Shown: positions 24,301 through 38,832, numbered from the stretch's first letter. The stretch: 64,000 bases of DNA from Azolla caroliniana (GCA_043228905.1 JBHGNT010000002.1:21204001-21268000), one strand, 5' to 3'. Program-made: numbers and translations. Notes: generated by a model not told the origin, from the sequence alone.

Positions 24301-26824
24301 ACCAGACGAAGTGAGCCATCCTTTTTCTTGAAGAAGAAAATGGGTGCGTCGGTTGGAGATTTTGAATGTCAAATGAATCCATTCTCCAAATTCTCCTCTA
24401 TATAGGCTCGAAGGACTTCTAGCTCGGTTGGTGACAAATTGTAGATCGGTCCCTATGGTGGCTCTTTCCCCGGTTGTAAATCGATGGGGCAATCATATGG
24501 TCGATGGTGAGGAAGCGTATTGGCTCGTACTTTATCGAATACATCGGCATAATGATGATACTTCTTTGGAAGTTGAACGGTGGACTCCTCTTTAATGGTG
24601 TCGGAGGGTTTTAGTGATATTGCGAAGAGAAACATTTCTTCCTTTCGTCCTTCTTCCCGCAACTGATGTAGTGAAATGGTGGCAATCTTCTGAGTAGATC
24701 CTTGGGTTTGTCGACACCGTATTTCTCTTGTTCTCCAATCTATGTCTAGGTTATGTAACTCGAACCATGGTAATCCCAAAACGATGGGATGTTCTGGGAT
24801 ACTAATTATGTTAAATGATACTACACATTCTAAGTTATCTAGGACAATATTAACGGGTTTTGACTCTTCTATGATATTTCCGGAAGCAATGGGACGACCA
24901 TCAATGACGACTACAGAGGCTGGACACGGGAGTTTTCTAAGAGATATCTGATGAGCTTGGGCAAAATTCCTATCCATAAAGCAAGAATTAGCTCCGGAGT
25001 CTAGAAGTGCTAAGACGTGTATTGGAGGGGTACTTTTAGTACTAACTGTTACTTGGGCTACGAACACATTGCTAACTTACTTAGAGGGAATGGAACCACT
25101 AATGGGTTGCACAGATCTAGGGCTATCCAACCAAACAACTCCTATTTTGGCTGGACTTAGTCGTTTAACTCTTCTTCTAACTGACTAAGGACATCAAATT
25201 TGTTCGCTAGATCTAGGCTATTAGTACTATTAGTACTATCAGATATCCCTATTGTAATAGGCTCAGGCTTAATACAATTAGAACTAGCAACTATTTGGTT
25301 TACCTGTCTTCTTTGGCATATGGGGACAATTTATTGCAATGTGTCCTGGTCCACCATAGTAGAGACATAGTCGATTTGTTCGGTGTCGTTGCTTTTCTTC
25401 TTCGGATAATGGCCCTCGACGACGTGTAGTGTCAATCTCCATCAGAGTCGGCGTATTCACTGGAGAGGCATTATAGGACTCCCTCGGTAAAGGTTTTGCT
25501 ACCATTGAAGTGTAGGTGGGCTTTGCTCTTGCCCTCAGCATCTGTAGTTGTCGTTCCGAACGTCGCTCAAAGAGGCGGTTGTCACATCTCACAGCGCGAC
25601 TGCTTGCTTCTGTTAAGGACTTTGGCTCTTCAGGGAAGGTCAAGAGTAAATCCTTGACATCGTTGCGTAAACCATAATGAAATTGCTCCATCAACGCTTA
25701 ATCATCCCAAGGGATGTGAACGGTGAGTAGGCAGAAATTTGCAGCATATGCGGAGGCTGGACGGTCTCCTTGGTGTAATCGCCGGATTTTGTTGATTGCG
25801 GTCCTTATGTTGTCAGTATCTCCAAAGCATGCTTTAAACTCACCTATAAACTCTTCAAAGTTGTTCAGTAATGGAGACTCCTTTTCCAACAGTGGAGCGA
25901 ACCATGCCAACGCTGAGCCACTTAACAGCGTCCCTACTAAACCCACTCGTGATGCATCGGTAGGATATCGGGAAGGATGCATTTGAATAACTAATCGTAC
26001 TTGATTAAGGAACGCTATAAACTGCGATCGTGTTCCATCGAACTTCGTGGGAAGGCCAATCTTGGGTTCCTTATGAATCCCTTGTGTTCTGAGGCCTTGT
26101 TGTTGCATCGCTGCGATGGTTGCTTCGAGTTGTTGCACGCGTAATGCAAGTTCCCCATGTTGTTGTTGCGTTTGCTGCTTTTCTAAGGAGATTTGTTGAA
26201 GATCCCCCAGCAACCATTGATTTTCTTGTTCCAAAGCAAGGAACTTCTCTTTCAAGCATTGAAACACTGAGAAAACAGATTGATATTCCTGAGCGCTACC
26301 AATGGCCATGGGATGAAAAGAAAAGAGGAATAAGAGATTAGTATGAAGGGAGAGAGATAGAAGGAAAATTGGTTCAAACAGTTAGGAATAGTACTAAACA
26401 GAGAGAGAATTAGTACTAGAGAAGGGAAATATGATTAGTACTAAGAGGACGGGACTGCGTAAGACTCCCGAGAGAGGAAGAGAGAAGAGGAGAGAGAGAT
26501 AGAGAGTATGAGAGAGAGAGAGAGATGATGATGATAACAGATTATATACTATAAGAAGAGTAAGTACAAAAGGGCTATGAGGATAAAGACTGGCGTTGAA
26601 CCAATTTGGTTCAACATAATGCCTAGTGCCCTCTTTTATAGTGTTCTCAGGAGTAATCCTGAAGCTTCTAGAATGTTCCAGAGAAATCTGGAATATACAT
26701 TAATTTCCTATAATAAAATGTAAATGAAAATAATATTTTATGTATTACAATAGATGATATAATGGTCAAGAGCTCGACCCATATAACCTAAGGTCATGGG
26801 TTCGAGTCTTGCCATATCATGACA
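21318..26824 (-). mobile_element. Full-length but decayed chromovirus (Tcn1-like Ty3/gypsy) with two LTRs
   Basis: LTRs at about 26471-26824 and 21318-21646 (TGTCATGA start on minus), PPT TAAAGGGAGGATAA. Gag EPKIGLPTKFDGTRSQF, protease LLDSGA, RT, RNase H EADASDFALG, integrase, chromodomain EYEVAVILDSK...TWEPIENV. Confidence 0.93.
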
Positions 26825-26849
26825 GATAATCGCTTCTAAATTGGTTTAC

Positions 26850-27240
26850 CAATTTGTTGATGAGTGGTTTCATTTTTAAGGGTTACCAATAGATTTTGTG
26901 AATGATCACGATTGAAGGTGTAGTAGTGACTTTTGGACGAAAATCCCTAAGAAGTTAGAAAGAACCTTGACCATGAGATCCACGGAACATCTTCAATCGA
27001 ATGCACGGACGAAACACATGAATAAAATTTTTAAGGACATGCTTGGAGCATACATTCTTGCAAAGCGAACAAAATGGGAATGTTATCTCCCAACTTTTGA
27101 GTTTGCTTATAATAGCTCCAAGCATACATCAACGGGATATAGTCCTTTTATATTTATGTATGTATTTGAGCCAAATGCCCCTCTTGATACAAAACTTTCC
27201 AAGGGATATCCAAGATAATATTGCATATTTCTGGACATAA
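26850..27240 (+). pseudogene. Old Ty3/gypsy integrase fragment
   Basis: WECYLPTFEFAYNSSKHTSTGYSPF is the conserved end of the integrase core. Confidence 0.8.
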
Positions 27241-27746
27241 TGTATAAAAACCTCAAGATAGAAGACGTTTTTATGCCAACTAGAATAGGCAACCCTGTGT
27301 ATTCAGCCTTGCACATAATGTACTTCTATGTGTGCCTCAAGATTCTAAAACATTGTCTATGGGTCTATGCTAGTCTAATCACATTCTGTTTCTTGTAAGT
27401 CATTTAAAAGAACTTAATGATTTTGGCAATAATATACTTAAAATGAAAATTTCCATTATGACCTTAAGTGTTATATTTATTACAAACATATGTGAGGAGG
27501 ACAATTTTGATCTCACCAAGCTTAGATTACAAATGTTGTTCTAACTCTGTTATTGCTTATTCCACTTTGTACACCAGCAAATTTGATTTAAACTTTGATC
27601 TTCCCCAACTTAGATTACAAATGATGTTATTACTCTATGTTGTTAATTATTCCACTTTGTACAATACCTTATAATATTCACCCCCTACATTTGTTTTTAC
27701 AACCTTGTCCCCTTCAACAATTAGTGATTTTGTGAGTATATTTGAT

Positions 27747-30700
27747 TCAAGCATAAATGGCATAAGGATTTCCATTCATTCTCATTTCCATGTCAATGGG
27801 ATGGCGAGGATTTGATTCTCTATTACTTATGCATTGATTCACTGGGAACCATAAACATCTTAACAATATTATTCCAACATACGACACGGCTATGACAATG
27901 AATAGACCCCCGTAACTATGGAGAGACATTTTTACTGTGTCAGGAGAACTTGTAATGCAGACTCCGGAACCAAGCCACTTATCCTTGATCCTTTGAAGAT
28001 CTCCGTTTTGTTGTAAAGATAGAATAGAAAGTGACATATCATTAGTTAAGGGTGAGTTCTTTTGAAATGCCTGCAGGCGAGGGGGGAAATCCCTTAATAG
28101 ACCACATCGATTGAAGAATATCCATATGGAAGTGGCAAGTTTAAATGCGATCAAGAATACTTACAAATGCAAATCCGCCAAAGTAGCCAATGTTCGAGTC
28201 AACGATTGTGTATTTGCATCCTAGGTTGGTAAGGAAGGTTGCCAAGTAAGGTGACTCATCAATAATTGCCGACACATTACCTGACGTCAATGCATTGTCA
28301 TAATCTTCTTGAGTAATCAAGTTCATGAGTCGTTCTGATGAAATGTTGAGGTTATTCTTCAAGTAATTTACTTCGAATGAACCTTCTTGACATCCTATTT
28401 TTAGATGACTTTTTTGCAAGTCTGCGAAACTTCGAATGGTTGGACGTTGTTGTTGTTGTTGCGCTATTAATATAGATGACAAGCTTGCTATATAGCTCGA
28501 TGAAAATATGAGTACAAAAACTAGCCAAACTAGTGTGAATGCTCGACCTGAGTGGGTTTTGGCGTCATCCCCTGCGAAGCATTCCCTTTGTTTAGTAAAA
28601 TGTGTTGAACATTTTCAAGGACAATATTAATATATGATATCTAAAAAATTTTGAACTTTGGTTTTCTTATATTCAACAGTATTTATCCACTCATCATGTA
28701 TAATCTGAATGTGTACTTACTATGAGAGAAGAAGATGGCCATGGCTGTCAACCTAGCAAGATCAATAAATAATTGATGGAATACAAATTAGAAACGATGT
28801 ATTCTATTAGAATTTAGAGAATAAAAACAAGACTATAGAGATGGGTTTTGAATAATGAGGATAATGTTTGGTTAAAAACCAAACCATGGAATGAACATTT
28901 AACTAGCAAAGAGAAAGAGAGAGTTGTAATGCGTAGGTAATGCCACTACCCTTACTAGCATAGATTTGATGAGGTAATAGGTCATACCAAACCATTGGGA
29001 ATGTACATAGAACAATATAATCACATCTGTCACATTATTTACCATTCCATAATTCATATAGTTTCTTCTTCCTTTAATTAAGACTTTCTAATTACCAACA
29101 TTTTGGGAAGGACAAGTGAGACAATATGTTATTTAGTTACCCAATTATATAATGAGTTCTAGGGGGTTCGTTAGGAATATGTCCCTCCTATGGGAGGAAC
29201 CAATTGGTCGGGCCGAGAGCCGACAATCGATGTCACAGAGAGCGGACAATTGTAGACAAGGACTAGCCGACTAGTCGGGCCGAGACGCAACAGTCAATGT
29301 CATAGAGAGTCGACAACAGACGATCTAAGTCGAAGACAAGACCGACTAGTCGGACCGACCAGAGGGTCGACGACAAGGCCGATTAGTCGGGCCGACTAGA
29401 CAATCGACACTGGAGTCGACTACTCGATCAGTCAGTTGATTAACTGCGATTATTGTTAGTATAATAATAGAAGTGAGAGTAGTACTAAGGAACTATATAT
29501 GTAAATAACCCATAAGGTGTATAAGTATAAATACACTTAGGGCAAAACATCGTGTGATGCATTGTAGAATAGAAAGAATAGAATAGCGTAGAGTTCCTAT
29601 AGATGTGTGTTACAGAGTGAAGAGTGAGTGTGTGATAGTGAGAGTAGTACTAAGGAACTATATTTGTAAATAACCCATAATGTGTGTAAGTATAAATACA
29701 CTTAGGCAAAAACATAGTGTGATGCATTGTAGAATAGAAAGAATAGAATAGCGTAGAGTTCCTATAGATGTGTGTTACAGAGTGAAGAGTGAGTGCGTGA
29801 TAGTGAGAGTAGCGCCATAGTTGTGTGAGCTTAGTAACTGTGTGTTACAGAGTGAAGAGTGAGAGTGGCGCCATAGCTGTGTGAGCTTGGACGCCAAGAA
29901 CCCTACATGGCGAATACACTCTGTGCAGAGAGAGTGTTGTATACTATCTCCTTTGTATTGTCCATTGTATAGTGGATCTTTGTTCCCGTGGTTTGCCCCG
30001 TTTAGGGTTTCCACATTAAATTGTGTATTCAGTGCATTTGTTGTTTTTCTATTTCCGCATTATTGTGCATTTCATAATCGGATTTCCTCACAAATCTCCA
30101 TGATCGAAGACCAACAAACTGGTATCAGAGCTTGAGGTGCAAGCATGGAAGCATGTGTGAGTGGCTTCCTAGGCATGATAGTTCTACACTTTCAAAACTT
30201 TGCAGACTGGAAGATAAAGATGGAAGGCCTTCTCTTAGTCAAAGACCTATACGAGCCCATCGATAGAGCATAAATACCCACGGGACTATTACAGTCTGAA
30301 TGGAAAGTTCTGAACAGAAAGGTGGTGGCCACCATTAGATAGTGTGTTGATGTGAGTGTCCTTCAGCATGTGGTGAATGACACAAATGCGTACGAGAAAC
30401 ATCTTGTCAGGTCTATATGAGTGGAAGAATGCCATCAATGAAACATCTTTGATGAGAAAGATTGTGAGGTTGAAGTATAGGGACGGGGAAAGCATAGTCG
30501 AGCATGTAAGCACATTCATGGGGTATGTAATCCAAATTGTGGCAACTAAACTTTTCCTTAAGGATGCAATGCAAGCCATCCTGCCACTGTGTAGACTACC
30601 GGACAAGTGGGAGAACCTGGTGGTGACTCTCAACACCATGTTTGAAGAAGAGAACTTGTCTCTACAAATGGTACAGACAAGCATCTTTAGTGAGGAGACA

Positions 30701-33700
30701 AGAAGGAAGGACAAGGGTGTCCTATCCCAGTCGGAGTCAAACCTGACTCAACATACATGTAGGGGAAGAAATCGGCAAAGAAGTCCACAAAGAACGGAGA
30801 AGTCCTAAGACAAATCCAAGTCTAGAGTCAAGCTAGCATGCTTCTATTGTGGAAAGCCTAGACACTTCGAGAAGGACTGACAACACATGATGAAGGACAA
30901 AGGTGTCTATAATAATGTCGAACCCAGGAAGATTCCTGATGAAAAGGGCACATTGGTCGTAGATACAAGTGTTAAGGAGATTTTGTTCATTTGTGAATAG
31001 GCAAGCACAAATCTTGCAAGTGAAGAGTATACTTGGGTAATCGATTGGGGCAGATCTTTCCACATAACTCCATCGAGAGAGTGTTTCTTAACTTGCATAG
31101 CCGGAGATCATGGCTATGTAAAGATGGGAGATAATGAGGAGTGCAAGATAGCGGACATAGGAAGTGTAAGCCTGATGACGTCGACAGATTATCGATTTAA
31201 TATGAGGGAAGTTCGAGATGTCCTCGATATCATATTGATTTGATATCGACTGGAAGGCTAGATGATGAAGGCTACAATGGTAGCTTTTGAAATGGCAAGT
31301 GGAAGTTCTATCGAGGAAACCTCATAGTGGCCCGAGCACAGAAACAGGGCACATTGTATATGATGCATGTCCGACTGTGCAAGTCGAAAATGAACGTGGC
31401 AGCCAACTCGAGTGGAGAGTTAGGGCATAAGAGGCTAGACCATATGAGTTAGAAAGGAATGCATCTACTAGCTGAACAGGAACTTCTCCCAGAAGTGAAA
31501 GGCGTACACTTGGAGAAGTGTGTCGGGTGCTTAGTCGGAAAGCAGAACAGAACAACATTCCACTCAAGACCACCGAAAAGAAGAGAAATGCTCTTGGAAC
31601 TAGTGCACACCAATGTGTGCTATGTGGAGGCTCCATCACATCGAGGCGGACAGTACTTAGTCACGTTCATCGATGACTACTGTCAAAAATTGTGGGCTTT
31701 AGTACTAATATCGAAGGATCAAGTATTGTCGTTCTTCAAGGAGTTCCAAGCAACGACAGAAAGAGAGTCAAGTTAGAAGTTGAAGGTGGTCCGAACCGAC
31801 AACGGTGGCGAATATAGAGGGCATTTCGAAGAATACTGCGAGGCCCAAGGTATTCGAATCGAATACATAGTGCGAAAGACCCCAGCATTGAACGGGCTTG
31901 TAGAGAGGATGAATCAGACTGTAATGGAAAGAGTAAGGAGCATGATGTTGCATGCTATGCTGGCGAAAATGTATTGGAATGAGACGATGTACACAACTAT
32001 TTATTTGATCAATAGGTCTCCCTCAATACCATTGAAAGGTGATGTCCCACATTAGCCCAAAGTCTTTGCGGAGAAAGAGAAAGAGAACCTACTATGTCAA
32101 CTAAAGAAAATCTTGTATGGTTCGAAACAAGCTCCATGCCAATGGTATAAGAAGTTCGAGTCCTTCATGTTGGAATATAGGTTCCAGAAAACACAAGTTG
32201 ATCAGTATGTGTACGTAAAGAGGTATGATGAGGGTTACTTCTTAATTCTCTTATTATATGTGGATGACATCTTGATAGTCAGACAAGACACGAAGAGGAT
32301 CGTGAGCTTAAAGAAAGCTCTAGGCAAGTCGTTTGCAATAAAAGAACTTGGACCCGCTAAACAGATTTTAGGGATGCACATAGTTTGGGACAGAACTAAG
32401 AAAGTGTTGTGGTTGTCACAAGAGAAGTATGTGACAAAGATCCTAGAAAGATTCAACATGTCGGGAGCAAAGCTAGTCGGCTCTATGTCACTGACCAACT
32501 AAGCTAAATGTTAAGCAATGCCTAAGGGGTGAGAAAGAAAAGGTTGAGATGAGGAAAGTACGATATGCCCTTAAAGCCGTCGGCAGTTTAATGTATGTTA
32601 TGGTTTGTACGAGACCATACATAACATTTGCTATGGGGACAGTAAGCCGATATAGGAGTAATCCAGGAAGAGAACATTGGGCAACTATTAAATAGATACT
32701 CAGGTACTTGAAAGCCACCTTTGGGGTATGCCTAAGGTATGGTTGAAGGGTTTACCGACTCGGAAACATTGGGGGACACAAACTCAACTTCATCTACTTC
32801 AGGGTACATGATGACTTATGCATGGGGAGTAATGTCGTGGCAATCACAACTTCAAAAATATGTGGCCTCGTTGACCATAGAGGCAGAGTATATGGCAGCG
32901 GTAGAGGCTGGCAAAGAGCTGATCTGGCTGAGAAATTTTCTCAGTGAGTTAGGAATGAAGCAAAGGGAATCCTTGCTTCACTGTGATAGCCACAACCCCA
33001 TACATCTAGCCAAGAACGCTATGTACCACTCCTGAACCAAGCACATATAGAGAAGGTATCACTGGTTATGGGAGAGAGTGGAAGATGAAGAGTTTACTCT
33101 TGCGAAGATCCATACTGACCAAAATGGATCCGACATGCTCACGAAGAACCTATCGATGGACAAACTCAAAGTAAGTCGACAAAGGACAAGGATCTCTATT
33201 CCCGTGGTTTTCCCTGTTTAGGGTTTCCACGTAAAACTGTGTACTCTGTGCATTGCCTATTTTTTTGTTCCCGCATTATTGTGCATTTCATAATCGGATT
33301 TCCTCACGAATCTCAGTAATCGAAGCCCAACACGTTTGTCGTTGAAGATTTGGGCAATCATACTATTCTATTGTCATTTACTCAAGCAAAAGCTTTGTTG
33401 AACGGTAGATGCTCCTAATGGGACAAGGATCTTCAAAGATGAGATGAGGCAAGGCGTAGTATGTTAGTTAGGTACTCAATTATATAATGCGCACTAGTGA
33501 GGGCATAGTCTATAGTCCTTCAACACCCAGGTGACTCTCCATCGAAGGTAACTAACTTGTAATTTTAGCTGCTTGATATATTTATTTTCCTAATATATTT
33601 ATTGTTATGATGAACTCTACACATGGTTCACGTCTCTAGATTTTTCTCTTCTTCAACGACACATTGTCTTCCGGCATTCCTCATGATATCTATCCCTTTC

Positions 33701-35947
33701 ATGTCTTTCAGTTTATGCTTGTAACTAATCTCCCAACCAACTATGGCTAGCAATCAATCGTAAGATTGGTGTCTAAATAGCTCCTGGAAAACAATCTAGA
33801 GCAATTGGGTAGCAGTTACTATGAAACCCTAAACCCTATTAGGTGAGGGTTACTTGAGAAACCTAGACATCTATCTTCGGGTTTGGGTTAACTTCCTTTC
33901 GATATAGAGCGCGATATTACACATGTACTCCCAGCCCGTACCTCCTTTAATTCCATGTTCCTAAACCCTAAACCGTAAACCCAAGACATGTGTCTTTGGG
34001 TTTGTCTTGACTTCTTTTTGCTATAAACACTACCTCGACAAATCCTCCACCTAAGAGAATATTGCATCCCTTGTCAATGTCATAGTACCTGTTATTGAAA
34101 GTTGTTCCACACCTTGTCAATTGCCATCAATGCCATATTATGACTCCAATTTAACATATTTATTATCAATATATACAATTAAATATTCGCATTCATATGT
34201 GGTGTGCGTTTATATTACACACTAATATGAGGTGTTGAAAAATGTGGTTTGATACAAACAATATGATATGAGGTGATCATGAGTTCTTACCAAAACGATT
34301 TTGAGAAGGCCTTTCTCCAATCTCCATTATGTTCATGAGCTTGGCCACACCATTCCACGAAGAAGATCAAAGACATTGTGACAATAAATAATGCTCCAAT
34401 GGTTATCCAAAGTTGCCAAGAGAAAGGGGAAATGAATGTCCAGAATGAAATATTACTCCTAGGTTGAAGTGGCGCAATCATTTGAAGACTCGATTCTATA
34501 TATGGCTGGGTAAAGTCTACTAACTTTAACCGGTCACTAGTGATCGTCAAATCAGCAACTACTCCATCTACGTCCTATGACCATGCATGCATACAGTGAA
34601 AACCAATACAAACGTATTACTGGAGCACATAATTAATTAAAACCTTATTAATCCAACTTGTTGTATGCTACGTAAATATCATTATCAAGCAGTGGAAATA
34701 ATGAGTCGAATTATTCATGAGCTACATACCTTCGAGATTTACTCACACCGTTTACATCAAAGTTGCCAAGGTATGTCATGGTGCTACGATATTCATCACA
34801 CTTATTATAGTGCATACATTTTTGGCTCTTACTCCATACACTTGTACTTGATTGCACATGTATTTCTTTGAGTAAAAATTTCAATCTTTGGTATTAAATT
34901 TGCTCAAAGTATTCCTTGGACCATTCTACACAATGATTACTAACAAAGTTACTTTATCTCTTCGAAGTGAGCACATCGTACTCTCTTGAGAATAGCTTTT
35001 CCATACAATACAACAAAACCAATTATTCACCAAATAAGCCTCTCATATCTGACTTATTTGGCACTAAGAAATAGATCTTGCACAATTAATCAAATAGATC
35101 TTACAAGAATAACTAGAAAACATTAACTTGGCCAACCGATGCTTGAATAGTATATCATGGAATGTCAAAATAATTTTAGCGATGCTAAAAATTACTTTTG
35201 AAACACTCAAATGTATTGGAGTTCAAACTCTTGTCCACTGGATCAAACCCTCAATTATAGATGGAATTATCGACAATTTGTTAGTGCCCATGTCAATCTT
35301 TGAACAAGATTCCATGGTAAGGGGTATGATATTAGGACAATCTTAGTAATTTGTTACATATATAGTCTTGAGGTATTTTATGGACTAAGATATTAGTTTC
35401 TCCCCGTCTAGCCATGACATCCTACTTGAGGATTGCCACAATCCCTTATCTCTTTTCTATCATTAATGTGAACATAGAAATTCTTGCTAACATAGATATA
35501 AACACATTATCGAGGTCCATTTATCATAAATGATTAACCTTAAGCGATTGATTTTTACGACAATTAAGTGTCATTACTACAACAAAAACAAAAAAAAATT
35601 ACGTATAGCTAATGTAATACCTTAGAGACAAGCTTTTGCACAAGGTCATTATAGGTTGGGTCTACAAGGCCATCTCCATAGCCAATTAATGTGTAATTAA
35701 TACGATAATTAAGCTTCTCAACGCATTCTTGAAACACATTGATGGCGAAGCCGGAGAAATTGAGGACGGAGTTGGGCGTGACCGGTATCTCAGACGATTG
35801 CCAACTCACAAACTCCTCGAATCCAAGTTTGAGAGGAACAAGGATCTTCAAGTTGGAGGAATTGGTCGAGTGCGCAGTCGGAAATTCAGGGGAGAAGAAG
35901 ATGGCAAGCACTAGGAGAGCCGTGATGAGGCCCATCGGAGCATACAT
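27747..35947 (-). CDS. GLR: Glutamate receptor-like (GLR) ion channel lacking the amino-terminal domain; exons 35947-35621, 34574-34291, 28752-28721, 28571-28165, 28070-27747 (1374 nt, 457 aa)
   Basis: All four introns are GT-AG and splice in frame without stops. Signal peptide, S1 (FSGFAINVF, DGVVADLTITSDRLKLVDFTQPY), M1 (PFSWQLW), pore segment, M3 (SYIASLSSIL), S2 (IGCQEGSF, AIIDESPY, GGFAFAFQKNSPL), M4. Confidence 0.92.
29169..33332 (+). mobile_element. Decayed Ty1/copia element in GLR intron 2, antisense to the gene
   Basis: 5' LTR ends CCAACA at 30116 (start approximate; internal ~165-bp duplication); PBS TGGTATCAGAGC at 30120-30131. Gag, integrase (LELVHTNVC, RTDNGGEY), RT (LLYVDD), RNase H. 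Only the last ~140 bp of the 3' LTR remain. Confidence 0.9.
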
Positions 35948-36016
35948 GGTCGGGGGATGAGAATGACGGCCCCAACGGGTGGCCAAGTGTGAACTGAGGG
36001 GGTGGAAGGGACGAGG

Positions 36017-36100
36017 GAGAGAGAGAGAGAGAGAGGGGTTTATATATGTAATAATGTATGTATACATACACATATACATAATATATATCATGTATATGTA

Positions 36101-36139
<39 letters not shown>
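36017..36139. repeat. (GA)n and (ATATGT)n microsatellites just upstream of the GLR start
   Basis: Direct reading; CT-rich on the sense strand, as is common in plant 5' UTRs. Confidence 0.9.
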
Positions 36140-38832
36140 CAGAATGAGCAAGTCATGGTCTATTGCTCAGAGAGGATCATCTGCAGAGAATCATGCATTT
36201 TGGTCAATCCTTCGTTGTAAGGATGGATTGATGTGTCGCTGCTAGAACCAGGAGATTCTGATTGAGCTCTCCTCGATTCGTAAGGTCATCTAAAGGGGAG
36301 ACCCACAGATCATGCGCTGCTCAATCGCCATTCAACTCATTGAAAAATTTAATCTGCACAGACTCATTATATTCAAACCTCTTTTTCAGGAAATTATGTA
36401 GAGAGGAATTCTTTTGAACATCATCTGTGCGCACTACCCTCTGTATCTGTGTTGACCTTGAGGAGATTCCTACCCAGCATATTCTTCGTATTTTTTTGTT
36501 CTTTTTGGGGGGGTATTGTATCGTCTCCCATGATCCATCCTTTTTCCATAACTTCAATAACAACATAACATACAATATGCAATTTTATTTGTCTAATCTA
36601 CAAAATCTAAATAACATAATTTGGATTAGGTTTTTTTTCCACATTTTTTATGGTTTTTTTTTTCATCATCTATCGTTTTGACCATATTTGCATTACTCTA
36701 CTTAATATATATGGAAAATGAAGTATAAATCAAGCAAAATGTAATTTGCAATATAATGAGATAAATGTCAAAGGCCTACTCTACTTAATCTATCATTCAT
36801 AAAGTAATGGAAAGCAACATTATCCGTAATATAGTTTAGGGGAGTACAACCCCTTTTATTTATAGTTCTTCATTTCCTTTTCTTGAAGTGTTCCTATTAC
36901 TCCTCCGTTAGTAGTTACCATTAAAATTTGAGCTACATATAGAACTAGATGATGAGGAATGTCAAATGGAAATAAAATGACAAGTCGCAATGATGAAGAG
37001 CTTATGCGAATGTTTATATGTATATAAATTAATGCATTTATATTTCTATGATTGTATGCAAATGATTGTAAAAAATGTGCGTGTGTGATTGTTATATGCA
37101 TGTGTAAATGAATGAATGTATGCATTTGTATAAATTAATGATTGTATGTTTATATATGTACAAAGTACAATTGTATGTATGTTTATGATTTTATGCATGT
37201 ATTAAATGTTTCTATATGGCAAATGACTTCTCAAATTTGGCCTTTACATATTCTTTGTTCCCATATAACTTCATTGCTTCATAAAGTTACAAAGTATAGT
37301 GAAGCTTGGGGATGAAGTTTTGGAGAGGACATTCATGCCATCATCTAGACAACCTTCAACCTTCTTATTTCCATTACCGGGTATAGTAGTGCTCCAGCTC
37401 AAAGCTTCTAAGGTGCATATTGTTGCACAATGCCAATGGTCCTCTCATATTTTCCAATGTAGTGTAGGCTAGGCTTGAAGCCTTGGAGATTTATGTCACG
37501 GCATTGTCCAAACTATTCCAAGGGATCTCGTTTTCACACATGTTCTTATCTTTAGCCTTATCATTGGGCACTTCACGATCAAATGATGCGAAGTTGTTCT
37601 ACACCACACTTACACCCTTGTTATAATCTTCATGTCCCAATGCATGGACCATTGTATTGACCACCTTCTTTCCTTTTATATTATCATCAAGCATTCTAAT
37701 TCACGAGAAAAATATATCCAATATCTCAAAGGTACTTGGGACTTCATTGTTAAATTGTAATGTTTGTGTGTATGGTAATGGACACATGCACATTATACAG
37801 GCTATTTATGATTTCATATATATGTACTCATTACCACAATCATATACAAACATCCATATAATAATTTATTCATTAACACATTCATGCACGTACATTTATA
37901 CACTCTTACACATAGATACCTTACGTTTAACAATTCAATTATAAACTAGCATAAATATATTCAAACTAACATTTATACACAAGATTCTCATTCATACATA
38001 CACATTCAGTCACACACATATAGCATACATAAATTGATTGACACATTCATTCCTACAATCAATCATTCATGCACACACATACATACTAGAATTGTTTATG
38101 TACGTGTTTTAGGTATTATGGAACTTATGTTGGAGAAATTACCATCAACCATCCCAACACTTATATTCTCCATATAGTTGCACGATGGTATCGGGGTATA
38201 CAGATGAGGATATAACATCACACTTGGCTCTCTTACAAACGCTCGAGTATGATGACCTCCGTAAGTGCTTCTCTAATGCCATTGCAAACACAAACTAGGA
38301 GGACAACTCAAGTACAACCACCAGCACCAGAACCATCACCAAAACCAAGAACACGTATAGGCACCGTCAAGGGCACTTCCGCCATTGTTATCATGTTGCA
38401 AATAATGCAATAAGGTTTGATTGAAAGATCCAACTAGACTGACTTGACAAGATGGAGGGTCTTGAAAGGTTTGTATGTCAAGAAACATTAGCCATATTTT
38501 AGTCCATAGTTTCTTGATTATCTTGCTTTATTTTGTTAGGACATACTAGAGGTGTACCAAAGGTCGTAACCAGCTTGACTTCTAGCATGGGCTGAAACCT
38601 AGAACTGGTGGGTTTACAAATACATCATCAACTTCCACACGATCACGCGTGACTCTAAGAATTTATTGTAATCTTGACAAGAGCCTTGATGGGATTTCTC
38701 TAGGAGTTAGGGTTTTGTTTAAAAGAGTTAGATGACCTTGTGGAGTCATACCTCCCTCAAATAGAGAGACCCATTGAAAGAGTTCATAAAGGTTTTGACA
38801 TGCTCTCAATGTTATAACATGATCCTATAATT

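Noticed and set aside
33370-33450. Degenerate duplicate of GLR exon 1 (LKILVPL on minus strand) within intron 2
   Set aside because: Match limited to about 17 nt; downstream similarity too weak to support.
33824-33985. Interstitial telomere-like TAAACCC motifs
   Set aside because: Only two or three scattered units; common telo-box-like words, not an array.
35948-36151. N-terminal extension of GLR (YIYIYI...) in the ORF track
   Set aside because: It is translated microsatellite; the signal peptide starts at 35947 or 35935.
38128-38819. Possible solo LTR (TGTTGG...ATAACA)
   Set aside because: No TSD and no homologue in the window.
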